DNA of 64,000 nucleotides from Gemmatimonadota bacterium (GCA_046733215.1 JBKPOS010000013.1:985-64984); one strand, 5' to 3'; positions 18,690 through 28,429 are shown, counted from the stretch's first letter. Numbers and translations: made by a program. The notes: generated by a model from the sequence alone, not told the origin.

Positions 18690-19994
18690 CTAGACCGGAT
18701 AGCCGAGGCGCTCGAGCACCAGGCGATCCAGCTCGCGCCGGACGGGCTCGAGGGCCACCTCGTTCACGACCTCGGCCGCGAAGGCATAGGTCAACACCTT
18801 TTGCGCGACCGACGGTGGAATGCCCCGGCTCCGTAGATAGAAGAGCGCGAGCGGGTCGAGAAACCCTACCGTCGCGCCGTGAGTGCACTTGACGTCATCG
18901 GCGAAGATCTCCAACTGCGGCTTGGTATCGACCTTGGCGCCGCTGGACAGAAGCAGATTTCGATTCGTCTGCTTGGCATCCGTCTTTTGTGCTTCAGGCC
19001 GGACAAAGACCTTGCCGTTGAACACGGCCCGGGAGCGGTCGTCCAGGACGCCCTTGTAGACCTCCCAGCTATTGCACTCCGGATGGTCGTGGTAGATGGC
19101 TGTGTGGTTGTCCACCAACTGATCACCGCGCGTCAGATACAGCCCGTACATCAGCGTTTCAATGCCCGGAGCATTGAGTTGTACGTGGAGGTTGTGCCGC
19201 GCGATCGCTCCGCCCATCGCAAGCGTGAATGACCGGTAATGGCTTCCCCGCGCCTGGTCGACGTGTGTGAGCCCAACGTGGTAGGCACGCTCGCTCTCAC
19301 GCTGAATGCGGGTGTGCTCGGTCCACGCATTCTCGCCCGAAAAAACCTCGGTGACGGCATTGGTGAAATACGTCGCACCCTGGGCCAGGCTGACGTAGCT
19401 CTCGACAACGGATGCTTTCGCACCACGCTCTACCACGATCAAGTTCCGAGGATGCGCGACGGTCCCGCCGGCATTCGGGCTGGTGACAAAGAGCAGGTGG
19501 ATCGGGCGATCGACCGCCGTCTCTGCAGGCACATAAACGAAAGCGCCGTCGCGAATGAACGCCGTATTGAGCGCCGCAAATGGCGTCGCCTCGGGACCGG
19601 CGTGACGAGTGAGGTGACGCTCGAGTAAGCCGGAATCGATCGGCAACGCGGTAGCGAGATTGCCCAGCCGCACGCCTTCGGGGAGCGAGGGAAGCACCGA
19701 GAGATCGGCGGCGAACTTGCCGTTCACGAAGACGAGCTGAGGCCATTCCGGGTGGCCGAAGAGAAACGGCTGAAGGGTGTCCCGGGTGAGCGTGGCGGCC
19801 AGGGCGGGGCGGAAATCGGTCTGCGCAATCGACCCGACCGGCGTAAACCGCCACTCCTCGTCCCGTGAGCTCGGGAAGCCGACTGTCGCGAAGCGTTCGA
19901 TGGCAGCCCGGCGAACTCGAGGTAGCCAGGAGGGCGCCTCGTTCCCTCCGTTACCGGAAAAAGTCTCGAATTGCTGAACGTACGGCTCGGTCAC
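18690..19994 (-). CDS. sufD: Fe-S cluster assembly protein SufD
   Basis: SufB/D-family C-terminal beta-helix region (…DAKQTNRNLLLS..AKVDTKPQLEIFADDVKCTHGATVG). GTG 19994 forms a GTGA overlap with the sufC stop. Confidence 0.85.
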   Translation of the reverse strand: MTEPYVQQFETFSGNGGNEAPSWLPRVRRAAIERFATVGFPSSRDEEWRFTPVGSIAQTDFRPALAATLTRDTLQPFLFGHPEWPQLVFVNGKFAADLSVLPSLPEGVRLGNLATALPIDSGLLERHLTRHAGPEATPFAALNTAFIRDGAFVYVPAETAVDRPIHLLFVTSPNAGGTVAHPRNLIVVERGAKASVVESYVSLAQGATYFTNAVTEVFSGENAWTEHTRIQRESERAYHVGLTHVDQARGSHYRSFTLAMGGAIARHNLHVQLNAPGIETLMYGLYLTRGDQLVDNHTAIYHDHPECNSWEVYKGVLDDRSRAVFNGKVFVRPEAQKTDAKQTNRNLLLSSGAKVDTKPQLEIFADDVKCTHGATVGFLDPLALFYLRSRGIPPSVAQKVLTYAFAAEVVNEVALEPVRRELDRLVLERLGYPV

Positions 19995-20746
19995 GCTACC
20001 CCCGCCGCCTCTTCGACCCAATCGTATCCGCGCGCCTCCAGCTCGAGCGCAAGGTCCTTTCCGCCCGACTTCGCGATCCTACCGCTCACCAGCACATGCA
20101 CCACATCGGGCACGATGTAGTTCAGCAGGCGCTGGTAGTGGGTGACCACCAGGAAGGACCGGTCAGGGCTGCGAAGCGTATTGACGCCGGCCGCGACGAT
20201 ACGCAGAGCATCGATGTCCAGACCCGAGTCGGTCTCATCGAGAATGGCCAGTTTGGGCTCGAGGACCGCCAGCTGAAGGATCTCGTTCCGCTTTTTCTCA
20301 CCACCGGAGAAACCGGCATTCACGGCCCGGCTCATGATGTCGGATCCCCACTCGACGGTCTTGAGCTTCTCTTCCAGCACGTCGAGGAAGTCCAGTGGAT
20401 CCACTTCTTCCAATCCCCGCGCCTTACGGAGCTCGTTGTAGGCGGCTCTGAGGAAGTAGGCGTTGGTCACGCCAGGAATCTCCACGGGGTACTGAAACGC
20501 AAGGAATAATCCGGCCTGCGCCCGTTCCTCAGGTTGCAAGTCCAGGAGGTCCTGACCCTCGAACCGCACACTCCCGGCAGTGACTTCGTAGGCCGGGTGG
20601 CCAGCCAAAACCTGAGCGAGCGTGCTCTTGCCGGAGCCGTTGGGGCCCATTATGGCGTGCACCTGCCCCTTTCCAATCGTCAGCGAAACCCCTTGAAGGA
20701 TTTCCTTCTCACCGGCAGACGCATGCAGGTCTTTGATTTCCAGCAC
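19991..20746 (-). CDS. sufC: Fe-S cluster assembly ATPase SufC
   Basis: MLEIKDLHA...GPNGSGKSTL...SGGEKKRNEILQ. Confidence 0.95.
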   Translation of the reverse strand: MLEIKDLHASAGEKEILQGVSLTIGKGQVHAIMGPNGSGKSTLAQVLAGHPAYEVTAGSVRFEGQDLLDLQPEERAQAGLFLAFQYPVEIPGVTNAYFLRAAYNELRKARGLEEVDPLDFLDVLEEKLKTVEWGSDIMSRAVNAGFSGGEKKRNEILQLAVLEPKLAILDETDSGLDIDALRIVAAGVNTLRSPDRSFLVVTHYQRLLNYIVPDVVHVLVSGRIAKSGGKDLALELEARGYDWVEEAAGVA

Positions 20747-20787
20747 TCACTATCCTCCAATGAAGAACCGCGTGAACGGTTGTTTGC

Positions 20788-22221
20788 TCACCCAACGCTC
20801 CCCTCGAGACTGACCCCGAGCAGTTTCTGAGCTTCCACCGCGAATTCCATGGGGAGCTCCTGAAAGACCTCTTTGCAGAATCCGTTCACGATCATGGAAA
20901 TAGCATTCTCGGTATTAAGGCCGCGCTGCTTGCAGTAAAAGATCTGGTCTTCGCCGATCTTCGAGGTGGAAGCCTCATGCTCCACGGAAGCGCTGGGATT
21001 TTGCACGTCGATGTATGGAAACGTGTTCGCTCCGCACCCTGCGCCGATCAGCATCGAGTCGCACTGGGTATAATTGCGTGCCCCGTCGGCTCTGGGCAGG
21101 ACTTTGACCAGGCCCCGGTAGCTGTTGTTCCCCCGTCCCGCTGAAATACCCTTGGAGACGATCGTGCTACGGGTATTCTTGCCCATGTGAATCATCTTGG
21201 TGCCGGTGTCGGCTTGCTGCCGGCCGTTTACGACGGCAACTGAGTAGAACTCGCCGACCGAGTCGTCTCCCTGAAGAATGACGCTGGGATATTTCCAGGT
21301 GATCGCGGATCCGGTCTCAACCTGGGTCCACGAAATCTTGGCCTTCCGCAAGGCCTTCCCCCGCTTGGTGACGAAGTTGAAAATCCCGCCGCGGCCCTCG
21401 GCGTCACCAGCGTACCAGTTCTGAACCGTGGAGTACTTGATGCTCGCGCTGTCCAGCGCTATCAGCTCGACCACCGCCGCATGGAGCTGATTGGTATCCC
21501 GCTTGGGCGCCGTACACCCCTCGAGGTAGCTGACGGACGCGCCTTCGTCCGCGATGATGAGTGTCCGCTCGAACTGGCCGGTGTCGGCGGCGTTGATCCG
21601 GAAGTACGTGGACAGCTCGACCGGGCACTTCACGCCCTTCGGCACGTACACGAAAGAGCCGTCGCTGAAAACCGCCGAGTTGAGCGCGGCAAAGAAGTTG
21701 TCGCTGGGCGGAACGACCGAGCCGAGGTACTTCTCCACCAGCGCGGGATGCTCCTGAAGAGCCTCGCCGAACGAGCAGAAGATGATGCCGACCTCGGCAA
21801 GCTTCTTCTTGTACGTGGTTCCCACGGAGATGCTGTCGAAAATGGCATCCACCGCGACCCCAGCAAGAATCTTCTGCTCCGAGAGGGGAATGCCGAGCTT
21901 CTCGTATGTCTCGAGGAGCTTGGGATCCACCTCGTCGAGACTACCCAGCGGCTTCGTGGTCTTGGGAGCCGCATAGTAGCTGATGGCCTGGTAGTCGATC
22001 GGAGGGTAGACCACGTTCGGCCAGTGCGGTTCCGCCATCTTGAGCCAGCCACGGTACGCCTTGAGCCGCCACTCGAGCATGAAGGCCGGCTCCTTCTTCT
22101 TGGCTGAAATCAGGCGGATGACATCCTCGTTCAACCCTTTGGGGGCGACATCGGATTCGATATCCGTGACGAACCCGTACCGGTATTCGCGATTGACCAG
22201 TGTTTCTACGGGCGAACTCAT
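20788..22221 (-). CDS. sufB: Fe-S cluster assembly protein SufB
   Basis: [23 protein letters not shown]... with the conserved SufB body. ATG 22221 forms an ATGA overlap with the sufR stop. Confidence 0.95.
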   Translation of the reverse strand: MSSPVETLVNREYRYGFVTDIESDVAPKGLNEDVIRLISAKKKEPAFMLEWRLKAYRGWLKMAEPHWPNVVYPPIDYQAISYYAAPKTTKPLGSLDEVDPKLLETYEKLGIPLSEQKILAGVAVDAIFDSISVGTTYKKKLAEVGIIFCSFGEALQEHPALVEKYLGSVVPPSDNFFAALNSAVFSDGSFVYVPKGVKCPVELSTYFRINAADTGQFERTLIIADEGASVSYLEGCTAPKRDTNQLHAAVVELIALDSASIKYSTVQNWYAGDAEGRGGIFNFVTKRGKALRKAKISWTQVETGSAITWKYPSVILQGDDSVGEFYSVAVVNGRQQADTGTKMIHMGKNTRSTIVSKGISAGRGNNSYRGLVKVLPRADGARNYTQCDSMLIGAGCGANTFPYIDVQNPSASVEHEASTSKIGEDQIFYCKQRGLNTENAISMIVNGFCKEVFQELPMEFAVEAQKLLGVSLEGSVG

Positions 22222-22919
22222 GTGGTCTCCTCGGCTGCCCGCTGCCGTGCATTGAAGCGGACGCGGTATTCGCAGCATCCGCAGCCGGCCAGGATATGGC
22301 CGCGACGCTCGATCGGTGTACCCAACACGGCTTCCAGAAACCTCTCTTCGGCGACGCATACTTCCGGAAAGCGCTCGGCGACTGCCTGAATGGCGCAATT
22401 ATGCTCCATCAATGTTCCAAAGCTGTCGCCGCTTAATGCCGACTCAGCCATGTAGCCTTCGTCGGCCATGGCCCTCGCGACAGCAGCCAGACGCTCCGCC
22501 GGCACGAGGCCGGCAGTCTCAAACTTGAGCTTCTGGGCCAGCCCGTCGAATTGCTCCTCCAACGCGGTGACAGCGGCGGCTCGGCCTTCTCGTTCGACCA
22601 ATCGATCGAGCAAGGCGAGGAGGGTGGCTTCATAGCGCCGCGGGAAGAGGGACTCACCAGCCGAGCTAAGCCGGTATGTAAAGACGGGTGCACCAACGCC
22701 CTTATGCTGGCGCTGATGCTCGATCAGCCCGTCATCTTCAAGCTCACGCAGGTAGCGTCTGACAGCGTTGAGCGATGCGCCCGCCGCAGCAGCCAGCTGC
22801 CTGACGGTCACGCCGGGTGACCGCTTCAGCTCCGCGAGAATTTGTCCCCGCAAGCCTCCCGGACCGGGAATTCGAGTCCCGATGGGTGCATGCGTTTCTG
22901 CCAGCGACACAGTGCCCAT
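22218..22919 (-). CDS. sufR: SufR-like winged-HTH (ArsR/DeoR-type) regulator with a C-terminal Cys cluster
   Basis: N-terminal HTH ([40 protein letters not shown]). C-terminal Cys pattern C-x12-C ... CGCC. First gene of the suf operon. Confidence 0.65.
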   Translation of the reverse strand: MGTVSLAETHAPIGTRIPGPGGLRGQILAELKRSPGVTVRQLAAAAGASLNAVRRYLRELEDDGLIEHQRQHKGVGAPVFTYRLSSAGESLFPRRYEATLLALLDRLVEREGRAAAVTALEEQFDGLAQKLKFETAGLVPAERLAAVARAMADEGYMAESALSGDSFGTLMEHNCAIQAVAERFPEVCVAEERFLEAVLGTPIERRGHILAGCGCCEYRVRFNARQRAAEETT

Positions 22920-23013
22920 GTGGCGCAATGGTAAGTGAATTAGTAGGAATTGTCAATTCATCCCACAAAAATGGTGCGAATCCAGCAAGATATTAAATTA
23001 TTGATAGTTTAGC

Positions 23014-23036
23014 GTATAGTAGTTGTCTATACAACT
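23014..23036. promoter_or_regulatory. Nested inverted repeats in the AT-rich sufR/def divergent region; candidate SufR operator
   Basis: GTATAG(23014-19)-N7-CTATAC(23027-32) overlaps AGTTGT(23021-26)-ctat-ACAACT(23031-36). A further AATTGtCAATT palindrome lies at 22948-22958. Confidence 0.35.
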
Positions 23037-23138
23037 TATGCCATTTAACCGAGAGATGTCTGGCCAACCGAGGCCCGTCCCGTATATTGGGCTGACCTCT
23101 TTCGCGGCCGGATGAGACCCGGCCAGAACGGACGCCTC

Positions 23139-23711
23139 ATGACGATCCACCGCATCCGACTCCTCGGCGATCCCATACTTCGCACCTGCTGTCAACCGAT
23201 CGCACGACCGGGGTCCACCGCCGTGCGGGTCGTCCTCGATGATCTGCGCGAGACGCTGCGTGACTGGCAGTCGCGTTTCGGAAGTGGTCGGGCAATTGCG
23301 GCCCCACAAATCGGTGCTCCGGTCCGAGTGATTTACGTCGAGATGGAGAAGCCTTGGGCCCTCATCAATCCCGAGATCGTCGACATCGGAACTGAGGATT
23401 TCTGGGTCTGGGATGACTGTTTTTCGTTCCCCAACCTCCTGGTGAGGGTGGAGCGGGCCTATCGAATTCGCGTCCGATACCAGGATGTCAAAGGCGTTTG
23501 GCACGAAGAAGAGCTCGAGGGCGATCGCGCCGAGTTGCTCCAGCACGAAATCGATCATCTCGATGGCGTGCTCGCAGTCGATCGTCCGTATGGATTGGAT
23601 CCGTTCTGCTTGCGAGAGGAGTGGAATCGGATTCACTCCCACGTGGGGCGCTACGGTCCGGCGGAGCCGCGCACCGAGAGCTTAGCCATGCCCGTCCCCG
23701 GACTCGCCTGA
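23139..23711 (+). CDS. def: Peptide deformylase (atypical motif 2)
   Basis: GRAIAAPQIG (motif 1) and QHEIDHLDG (motif 3, HExxH). Motif 2 reads DDCFS instead of EGCLS. Confidence 0.8.
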   Translation: MTIHRIRLLGDPILRTCCQPIARPGSTAVRVVLDDLRETLRDWQSRFGSGRAIAAPQIGAPVRVIYVEMEKPWALINPEIVDIGTEDFWVWDDCFSFPNLLVRVERAYRIRVRYQDVKGVWHEEELEGDRAELLQHEIDHLDGVLAVDRPYGLDPFCLREEWNRIHSHVGRYGPAEPRTESLAMPVPGLA

Positions 23712-23726
23712 GGTCGATTCACCGCG

Positions 23727-25094
23727 ATGGCGACCGCGCTTCGCGCATCGCCCCCGGCGCTCCCGCCCTGCGAACACGAGCCGCGCCGCTATGACGGTCC
23801 CTCTCGGGCCGAGGTGCTCGCTCTCCGGCAACGATACGTACACCCTTCCCTCTTCACGTTCTATCGGGAACCCCTGCTTATCGTCGAGGGGCATCGTCAG
23901 TACCTCTTCGACGAAACCGGCCGGCGTTATCTCGACCTCTTCGCGGGGATAGCGACGGTTGCCTGCGGCCACGCTCATCCGGAGGTTTCCCGGCGGGTGG
24001 CGCGCCAGGTCGCGACGCTGCAGCACGCATCGTCCGTCTACCTGCACCCGAATTTGCCGCTGCTGGCGGAGCGACTCGCAGGCAAGCTCCCGACTGGGCT
24101 CGATGTCACCTACTTCGTAAACAGCGGCAGCGAAGCAAACGACCTCGCCGTCATGATGGCCCGGGTCTACACCGGAAGCCCGGACATCATTGCCGTTCGC
24201 AACGGCTACCATGGCGGCTCGCCCACGACGATGGGCCTCACCGGTCTTGCAACCTGGAAGCTCCCTGCCCAGCAGAGCGCAAACGTTCACCACAGCGCGT
24301 GCCCTGATCCGTACCGCAGCGGATTCACCGGAACCCGAGAGGCCATAGCCAGTCTCGCTGCTGCGGACATTCGTGACATCATCCGGCGAGCCACGCCGGG
24401 CCGCATTGCTGGTTTCATCGCCGAGCCGATTCAAGGCGTAGGGGGTGTGACCTACGGGGCTGCCAACTATCTCCCGGAGGCCTACGCCATTGTCCGGGAG
24501 CACGGCGGGGTGTGCATCGCCGATGAGGTCCAGACCGGCTTCGGTCGCACCGGCGAAAATTTCTGGGGCTTTCAGCAGTTCAATGTTGTTCCTGACATCG
24601 TCACGATGGCCAAGGGAATCGGAAACGGCATGCCACTCGCCGCGGTCACAACCCGGCGCGAAATCGCCAAAGCACTGACTCAACGCCTTCACTTCAACAC
24701 ATTCGGGGGCAATCCAGTCTCGGCCGCAGCCGGACTGGCAGTGCTCGACGTCATCGAGAACGAGGGCCTTCAGGAGAACGCGCGTGCGGTTGGGGCGCGG
24801 CTCAAAACTGGGCTCCAGGAATTGATGGGCCGGTGCCGCCTGATCGGAGACGTCCGCGGCCTGGGTCTATTGCTCGGCGTCGAACTGGTTCGAGATCGCG
24901 CCAGCAAGGAACCGGCGACGGCGGAAACGCTCGAGGTGATGGAGGAGTTGCGTGACGTGGGACTGCTGGTGGGCAAGGGGGGACTCGACGGGAACGTAAT
25001 CCGAATCAAGCCGCCCCTCTGCATAACGATGGAAGACGCGGACTTCGCGCTCGAGGCTCTGGAGTACGTTCTCGGCCGCGTCGAGGCGCGTTGA
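23727..25094 (+). CDS. Class-III (AGXT2/beta-alanine-pyruvate-type) PLP aminotransferase
   Basis: ...YLFDETGRRYLDLFAGIATVACGHAHPEV...FIAEPIQGVGG...ADEVQTGFGRTG...DIVTMAKGIGNG. Confidence 0.85.
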   Translation: MATALRASPPALPPCEHEPRRYDGPSRAEVLALRQRYVHPSLFTFYREPLLIVEGHRQYLFDETGRRYLDLFAGIATVACGHAHPEVSRRVARQVATLQHASSVYLHPNLPLLAERLAGKLPTGLDVTYFVNSGSEANDLAVMMARVYTGSPDIIAVRNGYHGGSPTTMGLTGLATWKLPAQQSANVHHSACPDPYRSGFTGTREAIASLAAADIRDIIRRATPGRIAGFIAEPIQGVGGVTYGAANYLPEAYAIVREHGGVCIADEVQTGFGRTGENFWGFQQFNVVPDIVTMAKGIGNGMPLAAVTTRREIAKALTQRLHFNTFGGNPVSAAAGLAVLDVIENEGLQENARAVGARLKTGLQELMGRCRLIGDVRGLGLLLGVELVRDRASKEPATAETLEVMEELRDVGLLVGKGGLDGNVIRIKPPLCITMEDADFALEALEYVLGRVEAR

Positions 25095-25912
25095 ACCGGG
25101 AGCTGCCTCGCTATCGCGAGCTGCGTCCTGGACCCAGGCTTGCTCCTTACGTGCAGTGCTATTGGACCATTACCGCCAGCGCCACACCTTCGTTCTTCAA
25201 TCGGGTCTGCCCCGACGGGTGCGCCGACATCATCGTCGATCTTGCCGCCAAACCGGCCACTGGCGGCTATGGCGATGGGCGCTCTTCGTATACGGTCGGC
25301 ACCATGCAGTCCGCCAGCAGTGTCGAAATGCGTGGCAAGGTGCACCTTCTAGGTGTGCGATTTCGCCCCGGCGGTGCAAAGCGGTTCTTCCAGTTGCCAA
25401 TGTACGAGCTTACCGACCGGACAGTGCTGCTGCGCGAGGTATGGGGCGGAGCTGATCAGCTCGAGCGGGTAGTTCGCGACGCTCGCTCGGATGCAGACCG
25501 GATCCACAGGCTCGAGGCAATGTTGCTTTACCGGCTTGGCCGATCCGAGGAGCCTGCTCCCGCGTTGCGGCACGCAGTCGGTTACATCGGCCAGACGGGC
25601 GGCACAAGGTCGATTAGCCAGGTCGAGCAAGCTGTCGGCGTGGGAGCACGTCGACTGGAGCGGTATTTTCGCGAGGGCCTGGGCGTGACACCTAAGCTCT
25701 TCTCCCGCGTAGTTCGCTTCCGGCGCACTCTCGCCTTAATGCGTCGGGATCAGCACCCCTCATGGTCCCGGCTGGCGATCGAGGCCGGGTACTACGATCA
25801 GGCTCATCTGATCCGGGAAGTCCGGGTACTCTCGGGCGCCACACCAGCCGAGCTTGCAGCCGAAACCCGCGCCGTCGGATTTGTCCAATACGAATCCGAC
25901 GTGCCGCTGTAG
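25091..25912 (+). CDS. AraC-family transcriptional regulator
   Basis: C-terminal HTH_18 region (…WSRLAIEAGYYDQAHLIREVRVLSGATPAE). TTG start forming a TTGA overlap with the aminotransferase stop; the start is uncertain. Confidence 0.8.
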   Translation: MNRELPRYRELRPGPRLAPYVQCYWTITASATPSFFNRVCPDGCADIIVDLAAKPATGGYGDGRSSYTVGTMQSASSVEMRGKVHLLGVRFRPGGAKRFFQLPMYELTDRTVLLREVWGGADQLERVVRDARSDADRIHRLEAMLLYRLGRSEEPAPALRHAVGYIGQTGGTRSISQVEQAVGVGARRLERYFREGLGVTPKLFSRVVRFRRTLALMRRDQHPSWSRLAIEAGYYDQAHLIREVRVLSGATPAELAAETRAVGFVQYESDVPL

Positions 25913-25945
25913 CTTGCCGCTTCCACTCAACAGGAGGCGATCGTC

Positions 25946-26320
25946 GTGGCAACCCAGCAGCTCCAGAGTACCGAGCATGATCAGCGGGTCGACTACATCG
26001 AGCTTTCCGTGACCAGCGTTCCAGTAGCGAAGCAATTCTACGGAGCGGCGTTCGGCTGGCGGTTCGAAGACTACGGGCCGGATTACGCCAGCTTTGCCGA
26101 TGGCCGTCTGAACGGAGGATTCGCAAAGGCAGACAGCGTGCGCCCGGGCGGGCCGCTGATCGTCATCTTCGCGGTTGATCTCGAGGCGACCGAGAAGCGA
26201 GTGGTCGCAGCCGGGGGGAAAATCGTGCGACCGACGTTTCCGTTTCCCGGTGGCCGCCGCTTTCACTTTACCGACCCAAGCGGGAACGAGCTTGCGGTCT
26301 GGTCTGATCGAACCGGATAG
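25946..26320 (+). CDS. VOC/glyoxalase-family protein
   Basis: GTG 25946 lies 8 nt after AGGAGG (25932-37). VDYIELSV.....AKQFYGAAFGW.F...GP.YA.F......GGF...FTDPSGNELAVW. Confidence 0.75.
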   Translation: MATQQLQSTEHDQRVDYIELSVTSVPVAKQFYGAAFGWRFEDYGPDYASFADGRLNGGFAKADSVRPGGPLIVIFAVDLEATEKRVVAAGGKIVRPTFPFPGGRRFHFTDPSGNELAVWSDRTG

Positions 26321-26361
26321 GTCGAGCCTCAGCATGGTCGTCAGGACTGAGGAATTCTTGC

Positions 26362-27045
26362 ATGCAGGGTGAGATGATCCCGTTCCGGGCCAATGGTCGC
26401 ACGGCGCCAGGCTATTTGAATGCCGCTGCCGGCTCCGGACCCGGGCTCGTGATCATTCAGGAATGGTGGGGTCTGGTGGACCACATCAAGCACCTCGCCG
26501 ACCGCTTCGCGGCAGAAGGATTCATCGTGCTCGCGCCCGACCTCTATGATGGAAAGGCAACCAGGAGTCCGGATGAGGCAGGCAAGATGATGATGGCGCT
26601 TCGCATCGAGGAGGCTGCGAAGGACATCAAGGGCGCCTGCGAACACCTGTTGAGCCTCTCAAGTCTCAGCCCGCGAAAGGTGGCCACGCTGGGATTCTGT
26701 ATGGGCGGTCAGCTGGCATTGTTCGCCGCGCAGCGATTTCCTGACGTCATCTCAGCGGCGGTGGATTTTTACGGGTATGCCATTCATCCCGCGGCTTCGA
26801 TCGAGCCTGACGAGCTGATGGTGCCGGCGCAAGCGCACTTCGGTCGGCGCGATCGGACCGTGAAAGAAGGCGATGCCCGCGCACTAGTCGAGCGCTATCA
26901 GGCAGCAGGAAAGCCTTTCGAGGCGCATTTCTACGACGCAGGCCACGCGTTTTTCAACGATGCCAGACCCGAGGTTTTCGATGAGCCCTCGGCCGACCTT
27001 GCCTGGCAGAGGACCCTCGGCTTTCTCCGCTCGCACCTTCACTAG
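26362..27045 (+). CDS. Dienelactone hydrolase family protein
   Basis: PGLVIIQEWWGL..HIK..ADRFAAEGF.VLAPDLY.G... and GFCMGG (nucleophile elbow). Confidence 0.8.
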   Translation: MQGEMIPFRANGRTAPGYLNAAAGSGPGLVIIQEWWGLVDHIKHLADRFAAEGFIVLAPDLYDGKATRSPDEAGKMMMALRIEEAAKDIKGACEHLLSLSSLSPRKVATLGFCMGGQLALFAAQRFPDVISAAVDFYGYAIHPAASIEPDELMVPAQAHFGRRDRTVKEGDARALVERYQAAGKPFEAHFYDAGHAFFNDARPEVFDEPSADLAWQRTLGFLRSHLH

Positions 27046-27052
27046 CACGCGT

Positions 27053-28093
27053 GTGGAACGGATCGAGAACCTAATCATCGGTGCCGGTCCCGCCGGGCTT
27101 CGGGCTGCACAAGTCCTGGCAGGCGCAGGTCGTGAAGTTCTGGTGCTGGAGAAAAACCCCGTGGTAGGGCCGAAAACCTGCGCCGGTGGCCTGACGCGCA
27201 AGGCTGTTCGCGAGCTGACCCTGCTCGGACTACCCCACGATCTCGGACTCGATTCAATCGGCCATGTCGCTTTCACCGGCGGTATTGCCCGCACACTTCA
27301 TGCAGTGGTATCGCCGGTTCGGACAATACCCCGGCGTGATCTTGGCCAACTTCAGCTCGCCTGGGCTCGCCGGGCCGGTGCGGAGGTGAGGGTCGGCGTT
27401 CCGGCAACGCAGCTCGATCTTCCCGCAAGGACGGTCAGCACCGGCGAGGGCGCCATTCGCTTCGACCGCCTGATCGGTGCCGACGGGTCCGATTCCGGCG
27501 TTAGGCGGGCACTCGGATTGGCACATCCACGGGCCTACTTCGCCGCCGAGTTCAATGTGCCGGGTCTCCGGCTCGCACCGCTCAGAGTAGAATGTGATCC
27601 CGACAACCTCGTGAACGGCTACTTCTGGGTCTTCCCGCACCAGTGCTATACATCGATCGGCGCGGTGGCGCCCAAGAAGGTGGTGGCGCCCTCCTCGGTA
27701 CGCCGCTACCTGAGCGCCCGGGCTCAGTCACTTGGCGCCGATCTGACGGTGGTGCCGTTCGAAGGCGCGACACTCGAGGTCCAGACCGCCGGTTTCGATT
27801 TCCCCAACGGCGTGCACCTGGTTGGCGATGCAGCGGGAATGCCCTCCTCCCTTACCGCCGAGGGCATTTACGCCGCTCTTGTGACCGGTGAGGAAACCGC
27901 GCTGCGAATCCTCGAACCGAAATTTCCGTCGCCGAAGACCCGGAGCTGGTTGAGCGTCAAGCGTGCCCACGATCGGTTTGCCGGCATGCTCCGGCATCGA
28001 GTAGTCCGGAACGCTGCCCTGCGTGCTATGGCCCGCCTCGCCACTTGGCGGCCGGCATCGCGCCGCATGGCGGAGTGGTTCCTCGAGGGCTGA
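27053..28093 (+). CDS. FAD-dependent oxidoreductase, geranylgeranyl-reductase-like
   Basis: Dinucleotide fold LIIGAGPAGLRAAQVLAGAGREVLVLEK......KTCAGGLT. GTG 27053 is the first start after the upstream stop. Confidence 0.75.
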   Translation: MERIENLIIGAGPAGLRAAQVLAGAGREVLVLEKNPVVGPKTCAGGLTRKAVRELTLLGLPHDLGLDSIGHVAFTGGIARTLHAVVSPVRTIPRRDLGQLQLAWARRAGAEVRVGVPATQLDLPARTVSTGEGAIRFDRLIGADGSDSGVRRALGLAHPRAYFAAEFNVPGLRLAPLRVECDPDNLVNGYFWVFPHQCYTSIGAVAPKKVVAPSSVRRYLSARAQSLGADLTVVPFEGATLEVQTAGFDFPNGVHLVGDAAGMPSSLTAEGIYAALVTGEETALRILEPKFPSPKTRSWLSVKRAHDRFAGMLRHRVVRNAALRAMARLATWRPASRRMAEWFLEG

Positions 28094-28165
28094 CCTCCCC
28101 TTGCGCGCACTACGACCCCATCGTACTCTCCCTTTCCTATCGGCGACGGCTCGAGGAGCAGGTGC

Positions 28166-28429
28166 ATGACGTATGTGATTGTGGAAGCTTGCATTGGAGT
28201 CAAGGATCGGGGCTGCGTGGACGTGTGTCCGGTGGATTGCATCTACGAGGGGGAGGATCAGCTCTATATTCACCCCGACGAGTGCATCGATTGCGGAGCC
28301 TGCGAGCCTGAGTGCCCGGTCACGGCCATCTTCCCTGAAGAGGATGTTCCGGCCGACATGCAGGCGTACATTGCGAAGAACAAGGACGTTTTCAACGGCG
28401 AGGCGCCGCCCGGCAGGCCGAAGAGGTAG
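28166..28429 (+). CDS. fdxA: Ferredoxin (FdxA-type, [3Fe-4S]/[4Fe-4S] class)
   Basis: MTYVIVEACIGVKDRGCVDVCPVDCIYEGEDQLYIHPDECIDCGACEPECPV.AIF. Confidence 0.9.
   Translation: MTYVIVEACIGVKDRGCVDVCPVDCIYEGEDQLYIHPDECIDCGACEPECPVTAIFPEEDVPADMQAYIAKNKDVFNGEAPPGRPKR

Noticed and set aside
22998-24692. 214-aa and 336-aa minus-strand ORFs antisense to def and the aminotransferase
   Set aside because: The opposite-strand products carry clear catalytic motifs and these do not. This is a high-GC antisense artefact.
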